From assembly GCA_048013815.1 (NCBI GenBank), contig CM106585.1, positions 12,462,001 through 12,526,000 on the forward strand: DNA of 64,000 nt, read 5' to 3'. Positions within the stretch are counted from its first letter, which is position 1. The number at the start of each line of letters is the position of its first letter. Of the stretch, positions 12,252 to 26,500 are shown piece after piece. Source of the stretch: Setoptus koraiensis (lineage: Eukaryota; Animalia; Arthropoda). The notes under the pieces are model-generated. The model did no database searches, was not told the origin of the DNA, and was given only the letters and a program-made list of their open reading frames with translations. The position numbers were made by a program, and so were the translations under genes.

Positions 12252-13902
12252 ATGGAATTTTCGTCCGCCGTTGTTCATCACCTGTTGATGATGAGCCGCC
12301 GCCATCGCCGCCGCAGCTCGCCCAACTGCATCTCCAACAATAACAAAGTCGTGTGCTCCAACCAGAGATGCTGTTTTCAATTGCTGGCAACATCGTTTGT
12401 CTACAGCGCTATCATCGCATCACTACTGGCATCAATGTTACACGCCTCAGTTATAAATAGCCACGAAAATTTAAAATTTAAAGAGACCCTCACAAGCACG
12501 TCACATCGCCATTCGAGGCATGACGACAGTGAGTTAGCCGAGGCCTCGCTGGCAGCGCTACCCGATGAGCGGCCACCCAGCGCTCATCGACGGTATCGTG
12601 CCACTAATAATCAAGGCGACAACAACAACAACAGCAACACTTCAACAAGTGATAATGAGACGAGTGAAAAACGCAAATCGCGCTTTAAACGCAATCAAAT
12701 TAATTATTCTAGTCAATCGAGCACTAATGATCATGTGAATACAGTTAACAACAACAACGATGCTGGTTGCCCTTCCAACAAATTGCGAATGTCACTGTTG
12801 CCTGTTGAATTGCAGCAACCGCAACAACAATCGTCCTCCAGAATGGCCAACAACAATAGGCAGACATCGACGTCTGCAGCCGCAGCCGCTTATTGTGAAT
12901 GTCAGTCTGACTTTTTGGGTTGGCAAATCACTTGCTATGATCCTGGTCCCATCCCTTTGTCCATGACAGCATCTAGGCAGCAGCAACAACATAGAGTTAC
13001 TAATAATATTCCACACCAATTTCATCCCGCTTTCTTGTTGAAATCACAACAAAACCAACAAGCTAGAAGATACACAAATAGTAATAATAGATCAAGTGCA
13101 TCGCTGTTCGACGAAGTCAAAATAGATAATAATAAGTCAAGTGACATGATTAATAGCAATACAGCACCATCGTCAAGATTGAAAATATCCAATCTGCTCA
13201 CTAGAAGGACTCGCTCTCTCGCGTCTAATGCTATATCACAGCTTTATAACAGTAACGAAACAAATCCGAACGTCACGCGATCAACTTCGGCCACGTTGAT
13301 TTCCAAATTACCCACAACGGTTCACTTGGATAACGAGAAAGGGCCCTATGCCAACGATGTCAGTGGTGGTGGCTTGTCGAGCAGTGATAGCGCATCAATT
13401 GAAAGTATCGATAATAATAATGGCAATGATCAAGATACAGTGAGTGGATTTGACGCTGACTTGTCTCATGATTTTTTAGAAAATGCAAACAGCAACAACA
13501 ACAATAATAATCACAACAACATGAACTATGGTGACCAAACAAGTAGCACTGAATCGCATCACCATCACTCAACAGAATTCTATAGAAACAACAACAGTAT
13601 TGGTCTAGGTAGTAGCAGTCAGCATAACCAACACCAAATACAAGGTCATCATAACTCACCCGAAGGCAGCCATTTAAATCTGATGCATGACACAATCACG
13701 AACAACGACGACGAAAGCAACCAATCTATGGATGGATTCATATCTTCGCCATCATCGCTGTCATCGTCATCATCGTCATCGGCATCGTCTGTTTCGTTCC
13801 AAACTATACCAAGCTTGTTCTCTATCAAATATTTACGCAACACCAATATCGAGATAGACTGTGATCAACTAGCTCCCAACTATAGGCCAGCAATGTTTCA
13901 AG
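12252..13902 (+). CDS. Tl: Toll receptor, exon 1 (hydrophobic signal/anchor segment and N-terminal Cys cap, interrupted by N/S/Q-rich inserts)
   Basis: 1651-nt reading frame from ATG 12252 ends at CAA G|gtaagt (phase 1). It contains CECQSDFLGWQITC and FSIKYLRNTNIEIDCDQ, the N-terminal cap of protostome Toll-1-type receptors. Confidence 0.8.
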
Positions 13903-16900
13903 GTAAGTTGTATAAATAGTAATAACTTTATTATTATTATCATTATCAGCGCTATATTGCCTTAAAATTGAATGATGTTGCCCCAATAGTAATAACTCAT
14001 AGTTAGTCGAGACTATCAGAGAGTACAATTACTGTTGTGGTTGTAGGATAAAATTAGCCCAACTGCGCATGCTAGAGGAGGACCATGCATATCTAATTGT
14101 GTGTGTGTGTTTAACCGACAGACAGTAATATCTCCATAATAGTATTTTATCCTCCAAATCATGTTCATCATCACAATGGATTTGCGAAGCTACGACTAAC
14201 TTGAGACTGAAATTTAGTTATTCATGAACTAGTTATGAATAACTTTGCAACCTAGAGTGGATAATGATGGTCGTGAGAGCGTTGAAGCGTCAAGTAAAAC
14301 CCAAATATATTGCATCATCATCGAAGGTGCTTAAAGCTTATTATTCATCAAGATAATGCTGCATTAACTGCTGAATTATTATTATTACATGTATTATCTA
14401 TTTTGTCATGCGGTGCCCATAAGGATCATTGTTATTGACAATCGAGATGGATATAATTATCATCATTATTGTAATTTTCTTCTCTTGATGGATACTGATC
14501 AATGGTTATAGTCTGACGCAATCACATTCTAGTACCACATTTGACATCTCATCGAGATAGATATATCTAGTAAGCTACAGCGAGAGTCATAGGCTTGTGA
14601 ATGATGAAACAATCCAGCTACAAGTTTTTTGTTCCTCCATGCTCATGATCATGATATGCATGCATCTAATTTCTTGTATGTAATAGCAGCAATAGTGATA
14701 GTAGTAGTAGTGGCATGGGTTTTTCTGGTACTGTTCTATCTGTATGTCAAAGTAGCTACAGAGAGCATCTTGCGGAGCAGAGCCTACAGTCTACCTTTAG
14801 CCATGTCTAAATCTCATTCATGTTTTTTTATTATTGGTGTGACATTAAGAAAAGAGAGTGGCATCTATATAATACAAGGTCATGAATTTGGGCTTCTACT
14901 CACGCAAAATGCTGATATCGATGGCGATCATCATAGGCTAAGAGAAAATATGATGTGACATACTTTGGAAAGCCATACAAAGTTGTTATGTGAAGTAGAA
15001 ATGTCGCAATAGCATATATATTTCTAGTTTTTACCTTACGAAATATTGCAGATTATGTTTTGCTCCTTACGATGAATAATTGATCACTTTCAACTTCAGA
15101 ATCAAGTGTCAAAGTTGATGGCATCACTTACAATCCATAGTACTGTCAGCCGCTGGCAAGACACTTACGCCGACACCCTTTGTTATGCATGCATGAAGAG
15201 AATTATGAATGGTGCTTCTTATTGTTTTTATTTGGAGAGCAAGATAAAAATCAGATAGGGAGAGAAAGAGAGTTCAACTTTAGTTTAGGTGGGGCACCGT
15301 GTTAGTGCTTCTATCCTTAGCAGTCGAACAACTAGTCAAATAGAGATAGAGAGAAATTTGACTTGTGTGACAGCGTAATTACAAATTAAGAAGAATACTC
15401 ATATAGAAGAAAGAATAATATTATTACGACGACCAGAACGTTCAAGCGCATTGTTATCAAAGATTGAATACTGCAGCCATGATTATCGTATTTCTCTTTT
15501 GGCTTTTTTGGTAGTAGTCGTCGCCTTGTTGGTTTACTGCGCAAGAGGGAGATATAAATGTCAGTGTTGGTTTTAGTGGTCATAATATTCTGCATGAACA
15601 CACAAACACAATTCTAGATGATGATTTGTGCGATAGTCACCAACGCCAAATCAACAGTTTCTTCACCCAAGTTTCCCAGCTCGCACATTATTGTGTGTAT
15701 GTGTTTGCTTGATTAGTTGTCTTGGTATCTTGTCAACGCATTCTACAGATAGACTTGCCATTCCGTAGTGATTACGTCATTACCAATTAGAAGAAAACAA
15801 CGACGACGACAACAACAATCTTCTGGCAATAATGAAAGGCAAGGCGCTTGCACACCACACTGCCACTACTATTACAATAACTTGGTGTCTTCTTGCCTGT
15901 GCATTCGCTCTATGTATAAGGCTAATGTTCGAGCAGGGAAAGGTTCTGCAATATTGTAGGAATGGTCATTAGAATGTTGATAGAAGAGAGTTCAATGAAC
16001 AATTGAGCAGTGCCTAGGAGTGGATAAAAGTAAGGCAGTAAAATACTGCCGATACAACAGCTAATGATACGTAGATCCCTAATGATGACGTGATCTATGT
16101 TGAGCCTGTTAGCTCCGGGGCTTTATTCCGAAGGGAGAAAACCCTCGCCTATTGGTGTCAACAGCAGCAATGATTAAACTAGGAGAGTGAGAGAGGGAGA
16201 GAGAGAGAGAGAGAGAGAGAAAGCGAAATAGATTTTTGTTATTTTTCATTTTCTCACTTCTGCGTTATTTGTTACTTTTATCTGTTGTTCTCGCTCCCTT
16301 TCACTTTCTACACTTTCTCGACGACCAGACAGCTAGACTGTTTGGTGGTGGAAATTGAGTCTGGAGAGTTTCAAGGAGAAAGAGTGTTTGTGGTGACGGC
16401 AGTCGCGCTGGTATCATAAAAGTGCCCAGGCAGGTGGGTATATTTTCGTTGTTGTTACCTGACACTTGCCAGAACTAGTTGCTCTCGAGTGTATAGAATT
16501 TGTTCTCTGCGTAATGGGTTTTCTTGAAGTAGCAGTGGCAACATTCGAGCTAACAAGCAGCAACTACGACAGCAGTTGGAAATTTTACCTTTAGGCCAGC
16601 TTGATAGGTCTGAGTAAAGACAACTATTATGATTTTCGAATTTAACAAATACTCAAAACATGATCAGGCCAATCAGTTATTAGATCAGACACTTTTTGCA
16701 ACCATGCACTTGTTAGCCCAGCACAATATATCGGCAACAACGACAACAAAATTACAACAATATTGCCGGGCGCACAGGCGCACAAACACATATCACATGC
16801 TATTTGTGTTTATATCATTCTAAAAATCTGTTTGAAAAGAATCTACCTGTCAGTTGGTATGGATGAAGCAGAACTGTGTTCACTTTTGCTTGGCATGTTG

Positions 16901-17693
16901 GGTGCGAATTCTTATAGACATTCAATGTTCATTGTTGTATAGACAGTTATAAAGTAGGAAAAGTGACTCGAATCTCAGATTAGTCGTCGGTCTCATTATT
17001 ATTGTTCTGTGCGTTCGATATGATTCGTTGCCGCCATTGCCGCTGCTGTTGTGATTAAAATTGCCAATGCCATAACGACATTCAGTTGGCTATTATTTTG
17101 TAATCGGCATCAATAGGCATTATTTATGTAATAATCTGTGTTTGTTGGTTGAACAACCGAGCGGACACAGATTGCTAATGCTGCCAAAAGTAACACAACC
17201 GGCCAGTCAGTCAAACGGCCATTGGCCTGAGCAACACGTGCACAATGGTCGTCTAAACCGAACTAACAAAAGATGAAGATGATTCACCTGTTGCATGACA
17301 TATGACAGTTGACTTTCTCTGTGAATGTGTATGTCGATCATACGAACACAAAGGACGAGTTCATTCGCAACTATCAGCCAGTCAAACAACTTGGCTGTCA
17401 ATATTGGGTGGTGGCCACTTTGTCAGTTTACCTCACTCATATTGCACATTCCCATTGATTTAAGCTATCTATAACAGGTAATTTTCCAGTTAGTGGGATG
17501 CACAATAAATTAGACCACTTATACTGCAGGCTGCCTACGTGAATAACTCGCCGGTTCAACCTGTTAGCAACTGTACATACATGTCTACTTGTCTGTATTT
17601 CACTGCGTGCCGCCGGGTCACATTGGATGTGTCAGAACAAATCTATTGTGACTTGTGCACATAACGGACAGAATGGCAAGTGGTTCGGGAGAT

Positions 17694-17726
<33 letters not shown>

Positions 17727-18062
17727 AAGAGAGAGAATGGTCGCTTCGTCTTCGCATCCGAGTAAACGGACTACATACCGATAAATGTTGCCAGTGAATG
17801 TTATTATGTTGTGTCAAGCGAGTTAACAAATTAGCTAAGATAAACGAGTGTATATATTATTGCTCTTTAGAAGTCGATTTTTTGATCGAAAATCCTTAGT
17901 ATGTGTCTCTATGTGTGTGAACAGAGCGAGAGTGTCTAATCGAAGTGTAATCAATTGTGGAGACCATATGTGAATGCCGACAAATGCCGACTGTTTATTG
18001 TTGTATAATATTCAATAGACACGGATGGTGTTGATTGTGGTTAGCGAAGCAATTTTTTCTTG

Positions 18063-18063
<1 letters not shown>

Positions 18064-18141
<78 letters not shown>
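18064..18141. repeat. (CT)n microsatellite, about 39 units, in the Toll intron
   Basis: Uninterrupted CT run seen directly. Similar GA/CT/CA tracts lie at about 16190-16220, 17690-17737 and 22278-22308. Confidence 0.95.
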
Positions 18142-18143
<2 letters not shown>

Positions 18144-21100
18144 GTTTCTCTTATCCATCCATCTCTACGCTCGCCCGGTCTCACCAGATAGACCTAACTA
18201 ATTCCAACTACACACAGTTCCGAATCAGCTGCGCCGATTCCCGTCAATTAGTGTCTTTCCATCTCTTTGTTAGTTAGTGAGTAGTGAGGCATTAAGCTCA
18301 TTCGTTTTCTATCTCTCTCTCTCTCCCTGTGAGTGTGTGTGTGTGTGTGTACAGTGGGTTCGTTTAAATATATATAAATGCTCAGTTGCCTCGTTTGTCC
18401 CCGTTATCTCGGGCTTTATTGTGTTCCGCTTGCAATTAGGCGTCAGAAGAAGCGCTAGCAACGCAAGAGCAACAGCAAAAACAGCAACAAGTGGCATGGT
18501 ATCATAGAACATGGCTTGTGGAACGAACAGCTGACAAAGCGATGATCATTAATTAAGATTCGTCGCCGTCGTCGTTGTCTTTTCACTCTACCCACTCGCA
18601 TAATCTTCTTCGCTTCGTTTCGCTCTGAGTTGCCTTGCTAACTTGCCACCAGTAAAGTCCAAATGGGAAAAACATATGATGAAGATTGCCAACTGGAAAG
18701 ACGACAACGACGTAGAAGAAGAAGAAGAAGAAGCAGTTCTACTACGCCTGTTGTAACTCTGATAGATTTGGCACCAACTAAACAACCTACCGGCCAGTCG
18801 ACTGGCCGGCCAGTCCAACTAACAACCTTCTTGTTAGATAGTTTCCTGTGTTATAATTTATCCTATTAGCCTTTTAGTCTAGCTTAATAGATAATTCATT
18901 TGTTTGTTGCGTACATTACTGGCTTCAGTATTGTGAATGTGAGTGTGTGTGTGTGTGTGTCACATGAGCATGTCAGTTGTTGAGGTTTGATTCCCTCCTC
19001 ACCAATGGCGAATCACCAACAAAGCGAGTTATTGCGAGTTATACAGAGTGTGTTCACGCATCGCAGCCATCGTTGCCACTGGCCAGTTATTATTGCCACC
19101 AGCAGTTGTGCGGCGTATGTGCCGCCGGACAAGTCAGTCACGACAACACAACAGTGCTTATTGTTCCTTATGTGACCAATGTCACCACTAATTAACCACC
19201 GTCTTGTCACCTGTGTGCTGGATGTTAGACGCTTCCCTCTGGCCAGTTAGTTCATTAAAGGGGGGACTCTTTCTGCATCACAACAGCAACCTGTCGAGAG
19301 TTTGTTGCTACATAGTGTCTGGTAGAGAGCCAAAAGATAATCAACTGCACTGAGAACAGCAACAACAGCAACAACTCTTAAACTTTATGATGCTGCAACA
19401 CAAGGATGCTGACAATAGGAAGCAAGAGAGTTGTTGTTTGTTCACCGAATTTGATTCAATTTGACCATCGTCGTCAACATGAGCTGTTAACTGACTGTCC
19501 GACCGAATGTTTGTCCGACTGTCTAACCGAATGGAAATAAAATAGAATCCTGTGCCATGTTCGCTTCAACAACGCGAAGCAGCAACGACAAACAGTCAGC
19601 ACAACTAATAGGCTGGCCCTCGCAAAGAGACAAGTTTCTTTTGTGCGCCCAAATTTGATACTTCCTGTTTATTTACCAAGCACACACACACTCACACAGT
19701 TTCGTCAACGTCGTGTCTGTTTTATTGAACCGACATTATCAATCGTGCAAATTTGCATATTTAACTGCTGCCCCATTGCATGTTATTTGGGCATGTTGGT
19801 TGGTGTGTGTGTACTCACAAGTGTTAGACATATACTCACACAACAGTAGCGCCTCGAGCTGCCCACATGAGCTCAGTGGTCCATATAAGCTAGTCATAAT
19901 GTGAGGATATTGGGAATTCACTCTATTTGAGCACACAAAACATGCTAGCAGTTCGTTGGACAAACAACACACATCGACAAGCGATTACAAGCTAAGAGCA
20001 AGAACGCCAACCAACTGGTCATCATTCATTGCAGGCAAAAGTAGTCAAAAGCCAAAAGTAGATCGCTCGCATTGCACGACGATGATGATGATTGATTTTC
20101 GGGCAAATACAAGTAGAAAAAGAGCGACGACTGAATGTGGGGGGGGGAGAGAAAGAAAAAAGAACAGAAAATGCCAACAACAAATGTTCCCTGGTTTGTC
20201 CGATGTAACTCCAACTATTTGATTGTTGTTGTTGTTTTAAGCATCATGTTGCATGCAAAGCGCTTTGTATTGTCTCGATGCGGCTATTATACCCCTCTCG
20301 AATCAGCAGCGGCCACACACACGCTGACCGGCGACAGGCATTAGCTAATGACTCGTCTTGATATGTCTATCTCTTTCTCTTAATGTTGACCATTGATAGT
20401 CAGCCAGCTGGTAGCAAGCGAATCGGTGGATCGGTGGTCAAAAATAACTGTGTCAGTGTGTGGCCTGATTTGATTATTAGTAACAAACATCGGCAGCAAC
20501 GGCAAGTCAGTAAATGAATGAGCAATTGAATGTGTGTGTGTTTACATTTTGAGATAAATGCTGTCGCAAAACCAATTGCAACGAATGGGTGAGGGAAAAA
20601 AGTCACTTGACCTGGCGGGTCATTCATGTTTCTATATCGTAAGCTCAAGATTATTATTTGCTTGCACTGCTGTCGTTGCTACTGGAGGCAATTTGCCCAT
20701 GCTAGCAACATCGTCAAGAGAGAAAAGGTGAAAATTACGAATTGTTTCTTTTCGGAGTGAGAGAGAGAGAGAGGCATTCAGAGAAAGATACAAGCAGCAC
20801 TCTTATTACGGCTATGGCCTATGGCAACACACACACACACACTCATAGACACAAGCAAACACAGGTTGTGGCGTTTAGAGGAAAACGACAGTAGCTTATT
20901 GTTGTTGTCGCTTGATTCGCTCTGTTTGCTAATGTTGCTCAAGTCTGTCGAGCTGGTATCACGTTGATCAACTTGATTGGTTTATGTCGAACTTGGCACA
21001 GGCAGCACATTAATCTAATAATAGTTAATAGTCCCTAGATAGTTTATCGAACTAGCAACTTTTTCTTGATTCTCTTTTAATTCCCGCCTAAAATAACTGT

Positions 21101-21302
21101 CTTTACATGTAATGTTCTACCACCTGAGGGGCTTCGTGATTTATGAGAATAAAAGAACTGCACACACACACACTTTGAGAGACACTTGACGAATATCTGT
21201 GTCGTGCTGTTCTGATCAATCAATCAGCTGGAGGTCGCCCATTGCGCAACAACAAAGCATATCGCACCCCAGCGATATATCATATATGAATGATTGTCCA
21301 TA

Positions 21303-21597
21303 TAAAGGGTGTTTCAATCAGAACCTGGATTTGAACTGATTATGCTACGCTGCCTTCCACAGTGCTTTATTTTTCGATATTTGTCGATGCATTCTGGAAG
21401 CTACAGCGTGCAGAAAGAGACTATGTGCAGCGCGAAATAATTAGTTGTGCCAAGCGAATGGGACTTTTCTCGACCTCAACACAGTCTATCTGATTTGTTG
21501 TGCCGAATTTCATTTGATCACCACTTCGGAAAGAATATGTGCTAGCGAGCAGCACAGTGTGTTTTATTGATCCAGGTTCTGATTGAAACACCCTTTA
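21303..21597. mobile_element. Non-autonomous Tc1/mariner-type MITE (291 bp between TA target-site duplications)
   Basis: Perfect inverted repeat: ATAAAGGGTGTTTCAATCAGAACCTGGAT (21302-21330) versus ATCCAGGTTCTGATTGAAACACCCTTTAT (21570-21598). This reads as a 26-bp TIR flanked by TA at 21303-04 and 21596-97. No internal ORF. Confidence 0.8.
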
Positions 21598-22279
21598 TGT
21601 ATTGTTTTTCAGCGTATGTCAGCGTCGAGCCGAGCGTCTTGCAAGTGCACAAATTATCGCCAAGTTAAACTAAAGCGATTGCATACAAAATGCCGACGGA
21701 GATGGTCGCTGGCTGATGTGAGAGTGTTGATTAACTTGACTTTTGTGTTCTTGTAATCACTTAATTGACTAACAATAGCACTATTGTTGTTAATCAATTA
21801 ATTGTATTGCAGACGGAGGAGCCCTGTATTCAATGTGTCCCCCGCTTTGTGGAGTGAGAGCGCGTGCTCGCTTCGAGTGGGCTCAAGTGGGCTCATTTGA
21901 ATCAGCCGACTGGGAGTGTTGAAATGGCTCGCAACAGGTAACAACAAATACTACCAACAATTGCAAGAACTCTCCTGATAGAGCTCTCAAGATCATCATG
22001 CCACCGACATGTAAATGGTAGTACAGTGAGCATGATGGAAGTATTAGAAAATCTCTTTTTATCTGGCATGGCTGCTCTTGGCAGCTAATAATAGCCGTGC
22101 AGCGGCTTTGTGCCGCCTGATAGGCTGCCGCTGGTGCCTTGGTTGTTGTTGTGGGCCTGGCAACAGACGCCATCAGACGACCATCACACAGCCATGGACG
22201 AGAAAAAATTGTTCGCCAATTTATATTTGCCAGAGAGAGAACTTTGCCTAACTCGCCTGCTCGCTTTACTCAAATCGCT

Positions 22280-22310
<31 letters not shown>

Positions 22311-23581
22311 CAGTTCAGTGTCAAGTGTTTCTCTCTGTTTGGCCCATTGTTCGGCGCGCTGGAACTAGGCCAATGGTTTCATTTGCATACACTATCTATA
22401 TATAAAGCATAAATTGATAGACGGCCCGAGCCGTGCTATTGATGTCGCTGCCATTGATGGATGCATGGACATGGCGAATATTCCAACTGCCGCTAAAGCA
22501 GCGCCATGTTTGTGCGCTGGTGCTCCAAGATAATAGCTGCGTGTGTGATTTGCGCAAAAAATAGTGCCCATTCCAGCGCTGTCCCCTCTGTGTCTTGCGA
22601 GTCACAAGTTGTGTGACACACAAGCGTCCTGTGGGTAAGTTACAGCAGTTAACATTCAGTTCGATTGGCAACAGTTCTACATTCTGGATGGAGCGGCCAG
22701 TTACAGTTCGCTGGTGTGGCGCTGCCGATTCAATGTCGCGCTCACCAATTGGCTGGCTCACTATTGGTGGCGCACTCGCGTATCGAGGCCGTGTGTGATG
22801 AGTTGCTGTCGTTGGTGCTGGCATGCGGCGCGGTCGCGTTCCGTTGTTGACGCATCGATATTATAGCGAATATAGCGCGATGCGCGATGGCGCGTAACCG
22901 GCCGCTACACACACGTTGCCAAGGCCTGTAGCCCCTGGGACAGCACACAATCGAATTATTGCACACACGATGGCATGCATCGTGCCGGATCGAACTTTTG
23001 TGAGCACTTTGTCGGTGAGATTGTCGGCAAGACACAATAGGGGGACACCGGCAAAAAGTTCGATTTTCGGTGCTCGATTTTGCCATTGTGCCACCGTGGG
23101 CCACTCATACAAGAGGAAGTAATTTAGCTATTAATAATGGCGGCCGTGGGGGGGTGGGACGGCGGCCATTGTTGTCGAAGCGGCCAGATTCATGCCGGGC
23201 AACAAACGACCATTGTGCGCGTGAACGGGACAACGCAGCCAATTTAAGCAGCAGCAGCAGCGGTAATAAAATGATGCAAGTTCGGCATGGTCGCCGTTAA
23301 TCGTCGATACTTACTCGTCGATTTAATTCGGCTATCGGCCAACCTGCACACAGTTGCATAATGCAATAATTTTCAGCAACAAGTTCCACTAACCTGCACT
23401 ATTCAATTTGCCCAACTCAAACTAACAGTCTCTCTAATTCTCATCTCTCTTATTTAAATTATCTCGACCCCTCTTATTGCGTTATCATTCATTCGCTCGC
23501 ATAACATATTATCGTGTTACCTGCGCCCTGATGCGTGATGATGACACTCAACAACAACAACGACAACAACAACAACGACAG

Positions 23582-26500
23582 GCTTCAATGTGGACGAAAT
23601 CGGCACCTTTACTCTCAACAATTGCCCATTGCCACCAATTCCGTTTAGCGTGATATTCCACAGGCAACAAATTGTCGGCACGAATCAACGCAACAAGCGC
23701 AATCATGTGATGGCGATGCACGATCACACAATCGACAACAACAACGACAGCAACAATGCAATTGAGCCACCAAACGATGACCAAACGACAGCTTATGACG
23801 CCAGGCAACAGAGGCGACGCAGAGTTGACGAAACTAGCCACAACAATCCAACTGGCGCCAATGCATCGCCAACAATGGCCAACGCCAATCAACAGCAACA
23901 GATTGCTCCGGCGGAGCCCAGTGTCGTCAAGAGTCTCACTATCAACCTGAATACAATTGTTGATCAACGAACGCTTGTAACACTGTTGACCGGATTGGAC
24001 TCTCTAGAGGAACTTGCGCTCAATTACATGCAGCTCGCGCTTAATTTTACCCAATTAGAGCCACCTATGGCTGCTAGTGATCTGGTCGCCGAACCAACCA
24101 ACGCTCAAACTACACCGCATCCGTTGACATCGCCCTCAAATCATCATCACAACAATCAAATAAACAACTTTACCAATGCCGATGACACTGCCGTTAGGCA
24201 ACTACAATCAACAGTATCATCGGCCCAATCACTTCTGCTTCCGTCCGAGTCAACTCAACAATTATCTAGGGTCTTGGCCAGTGCGCAGCAGTTGTTACAC
24301 GCGAGCTCGGCGATGTTTGCAACATCTCAGAATCCCCCTCTAACCCATTCTATAAACAGCACGTCGTCGTCATCGTCGATGCCAGCATCAAGCCACCACC
24401 AGCCAACCACATTGGTGACAACCACAACTACAACTAATACGCCACCACCGACAACAACCACCAATGGATGGTCAACAACGGTGCCAACTGATACCAGCAT
24501 TGTCGTCGGCCAGCCGGCCAACACAAACAACAATGGTGCCGGTCAAACCACTAGTCAAACGGCGACAACGACGACATCAACAATAGGCCAGACAGCTACA
24601 AGTAATGGACAGAACCAAACTCAGCTTAGGAACACCCCAGTGAATGCTAACAGCAACAACAGTAGGGATCGCTTGTTGGCAACACCTCGTGGAAACATCC
24701 TGCTGCACTTAGGCTCTAACTCGCATCATAATTCATATCAACCAAGTGGTACCACCCAGCCTACTGCTACTGTCACGAACAACACCAACAGCATATCAAC
24801 AACTAATGGTGGCGCTGTCGATTACATTAGTCACACTCAACCGATCAATTACAAACAACCATCGACATCATTCTCATTAAATACTGCAACTGCTAATACT
24901 GTTGCTGCAAACACCGCCACTAATTATCCATCTCATCCGTCATCGTTGCCCAGTCACAATAATAATATAAATCAAAATAATCAGAATACAGTTAGTGCTG
25001 TTAGCTCTAGTCAAATATTGTCATCTATATCATATACGAATAACAATAACAACAATAACATTTTTAATGTTAATAACAATCAATCACCCTCATCAAATAA
25101 TAATAATAATAATAATAACAACAATAATGGTATGATGAATACCAATAGTAGGATACGCCAGCCAATTATCACAACCACTGCGATTAATCAAGTTCCACCC
25201 GGTGGTAGAATCCTACAACAAGCTAAGACCGGCTATACTACTCCTCATGATGGCTCAATCTCGAATACTGTGACAGCTCCAACCATTATGATGACTACAC
25301 CAACAACTGGAAATCATAACAGTATCACTAGCAATAGTAATAACAATAACAACAATAATAATAACAACATCAACAATAATAATGGTAATAACTTTGGTGT
25401 GAGAACCTCGTCCACCAATGGTCAAACTATTTCGCCACCGATAAATACATTGAGAGCGCGCCAAACAACAAATCAGTACACAACTACTGCAAACAATAAC
25501 AACAATAACAACCTCAACGGTTTAAACAATAATGATGTATCCACCACTTCCTCTAATATGTTTGGGACAAATCATCAGCAACACATGCATTTTTCTCAGC
25601 CGAACGAGCAGGTTACGACAGCGTCAACTGCACAACAACAACAATTCGTTAGGCCAACAACCACCACGCCCAGCTCTAGTCAAACAATCATAGCAACAAC
25701 AGGTGGTCAGACCAACAGTAATTTTGCTAATCTACATCGTTCCTCTAATGGTCTCAATGCTTTCTCGGGATACAGCAACAACCAGCAGGCTGCTGGTTCC
25801 AGGTTGAGCGGTACCTCATCAAGACGCTTTTCATCATCCTTGGGTCCCTCTACATCGTTTATGACGACATCAGCATCAGCTGGTTCCAATACTAATAATC
25901 CTACAACAAATAACAATCATAATCTGATGGCACAAACAGAGGCTCTACATCACTATACTCAAACAGCAAGTGGTCCAACCACGGGTTCTTCCTACTATAG
26001 GCCGTCACAGTCAGCTTTGTCGACATTACAAAGTGAGAATAGCTTACAATATCCTCAGTCAACAACATCGAATCTCTATTCTAATCAACCGGCTGGGGGA
26101 ACAAGCACTAACGGTGTGCCGTCACAGACAACAAACCATGGCGATTTGCTAAGATTGAAAAGAAGCAGTAATGTAGAGTTTGAATTGTCTTTTGGAGATT
26201 TACTTCCTAATCTACGCTCATTGAAACTAGAATCTTTCATTGATATGTCTGTGTTGAATCAGGTCCTGCAACGTGCCGCAACTTCGTCTTCCCAGTTGTC
26301 GATGCATTCAGCACCATCATCAACAACAGCTTCGACTCCTATCTTAAACACTACACCAGCGCCCATTGCAACGACGTCCAGTACTGTCAACAATCGGTCC
26401 GGTCCTGTCAGGGTACAACATTTGAAGCCGGTAGCCTTCTCTTTGACAACAGAAAACCAAACTTCTACCACGCGATCGCCTTCCGCTATAGCTAGTCCAA

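Noticed and set aside
14700-17500. Rel/Dorsal-like sites (GGGTTTTTCT, GGGAGAAAACCC, GGGTTTTCTT, GGTAATTTTCC) in the Toll intron
   Set aside because: Degenerate, few and widely spaced, so not distinguishable from background without data.
21291-21300. TGATTGTCCA, matching the start of miR-219 (also a 12-nt miR-2001-like match at ~50778 in the Bib CDS)
   Set aside because: The match stops after 10-12 nt and there is no pre-miRNA hairpin.
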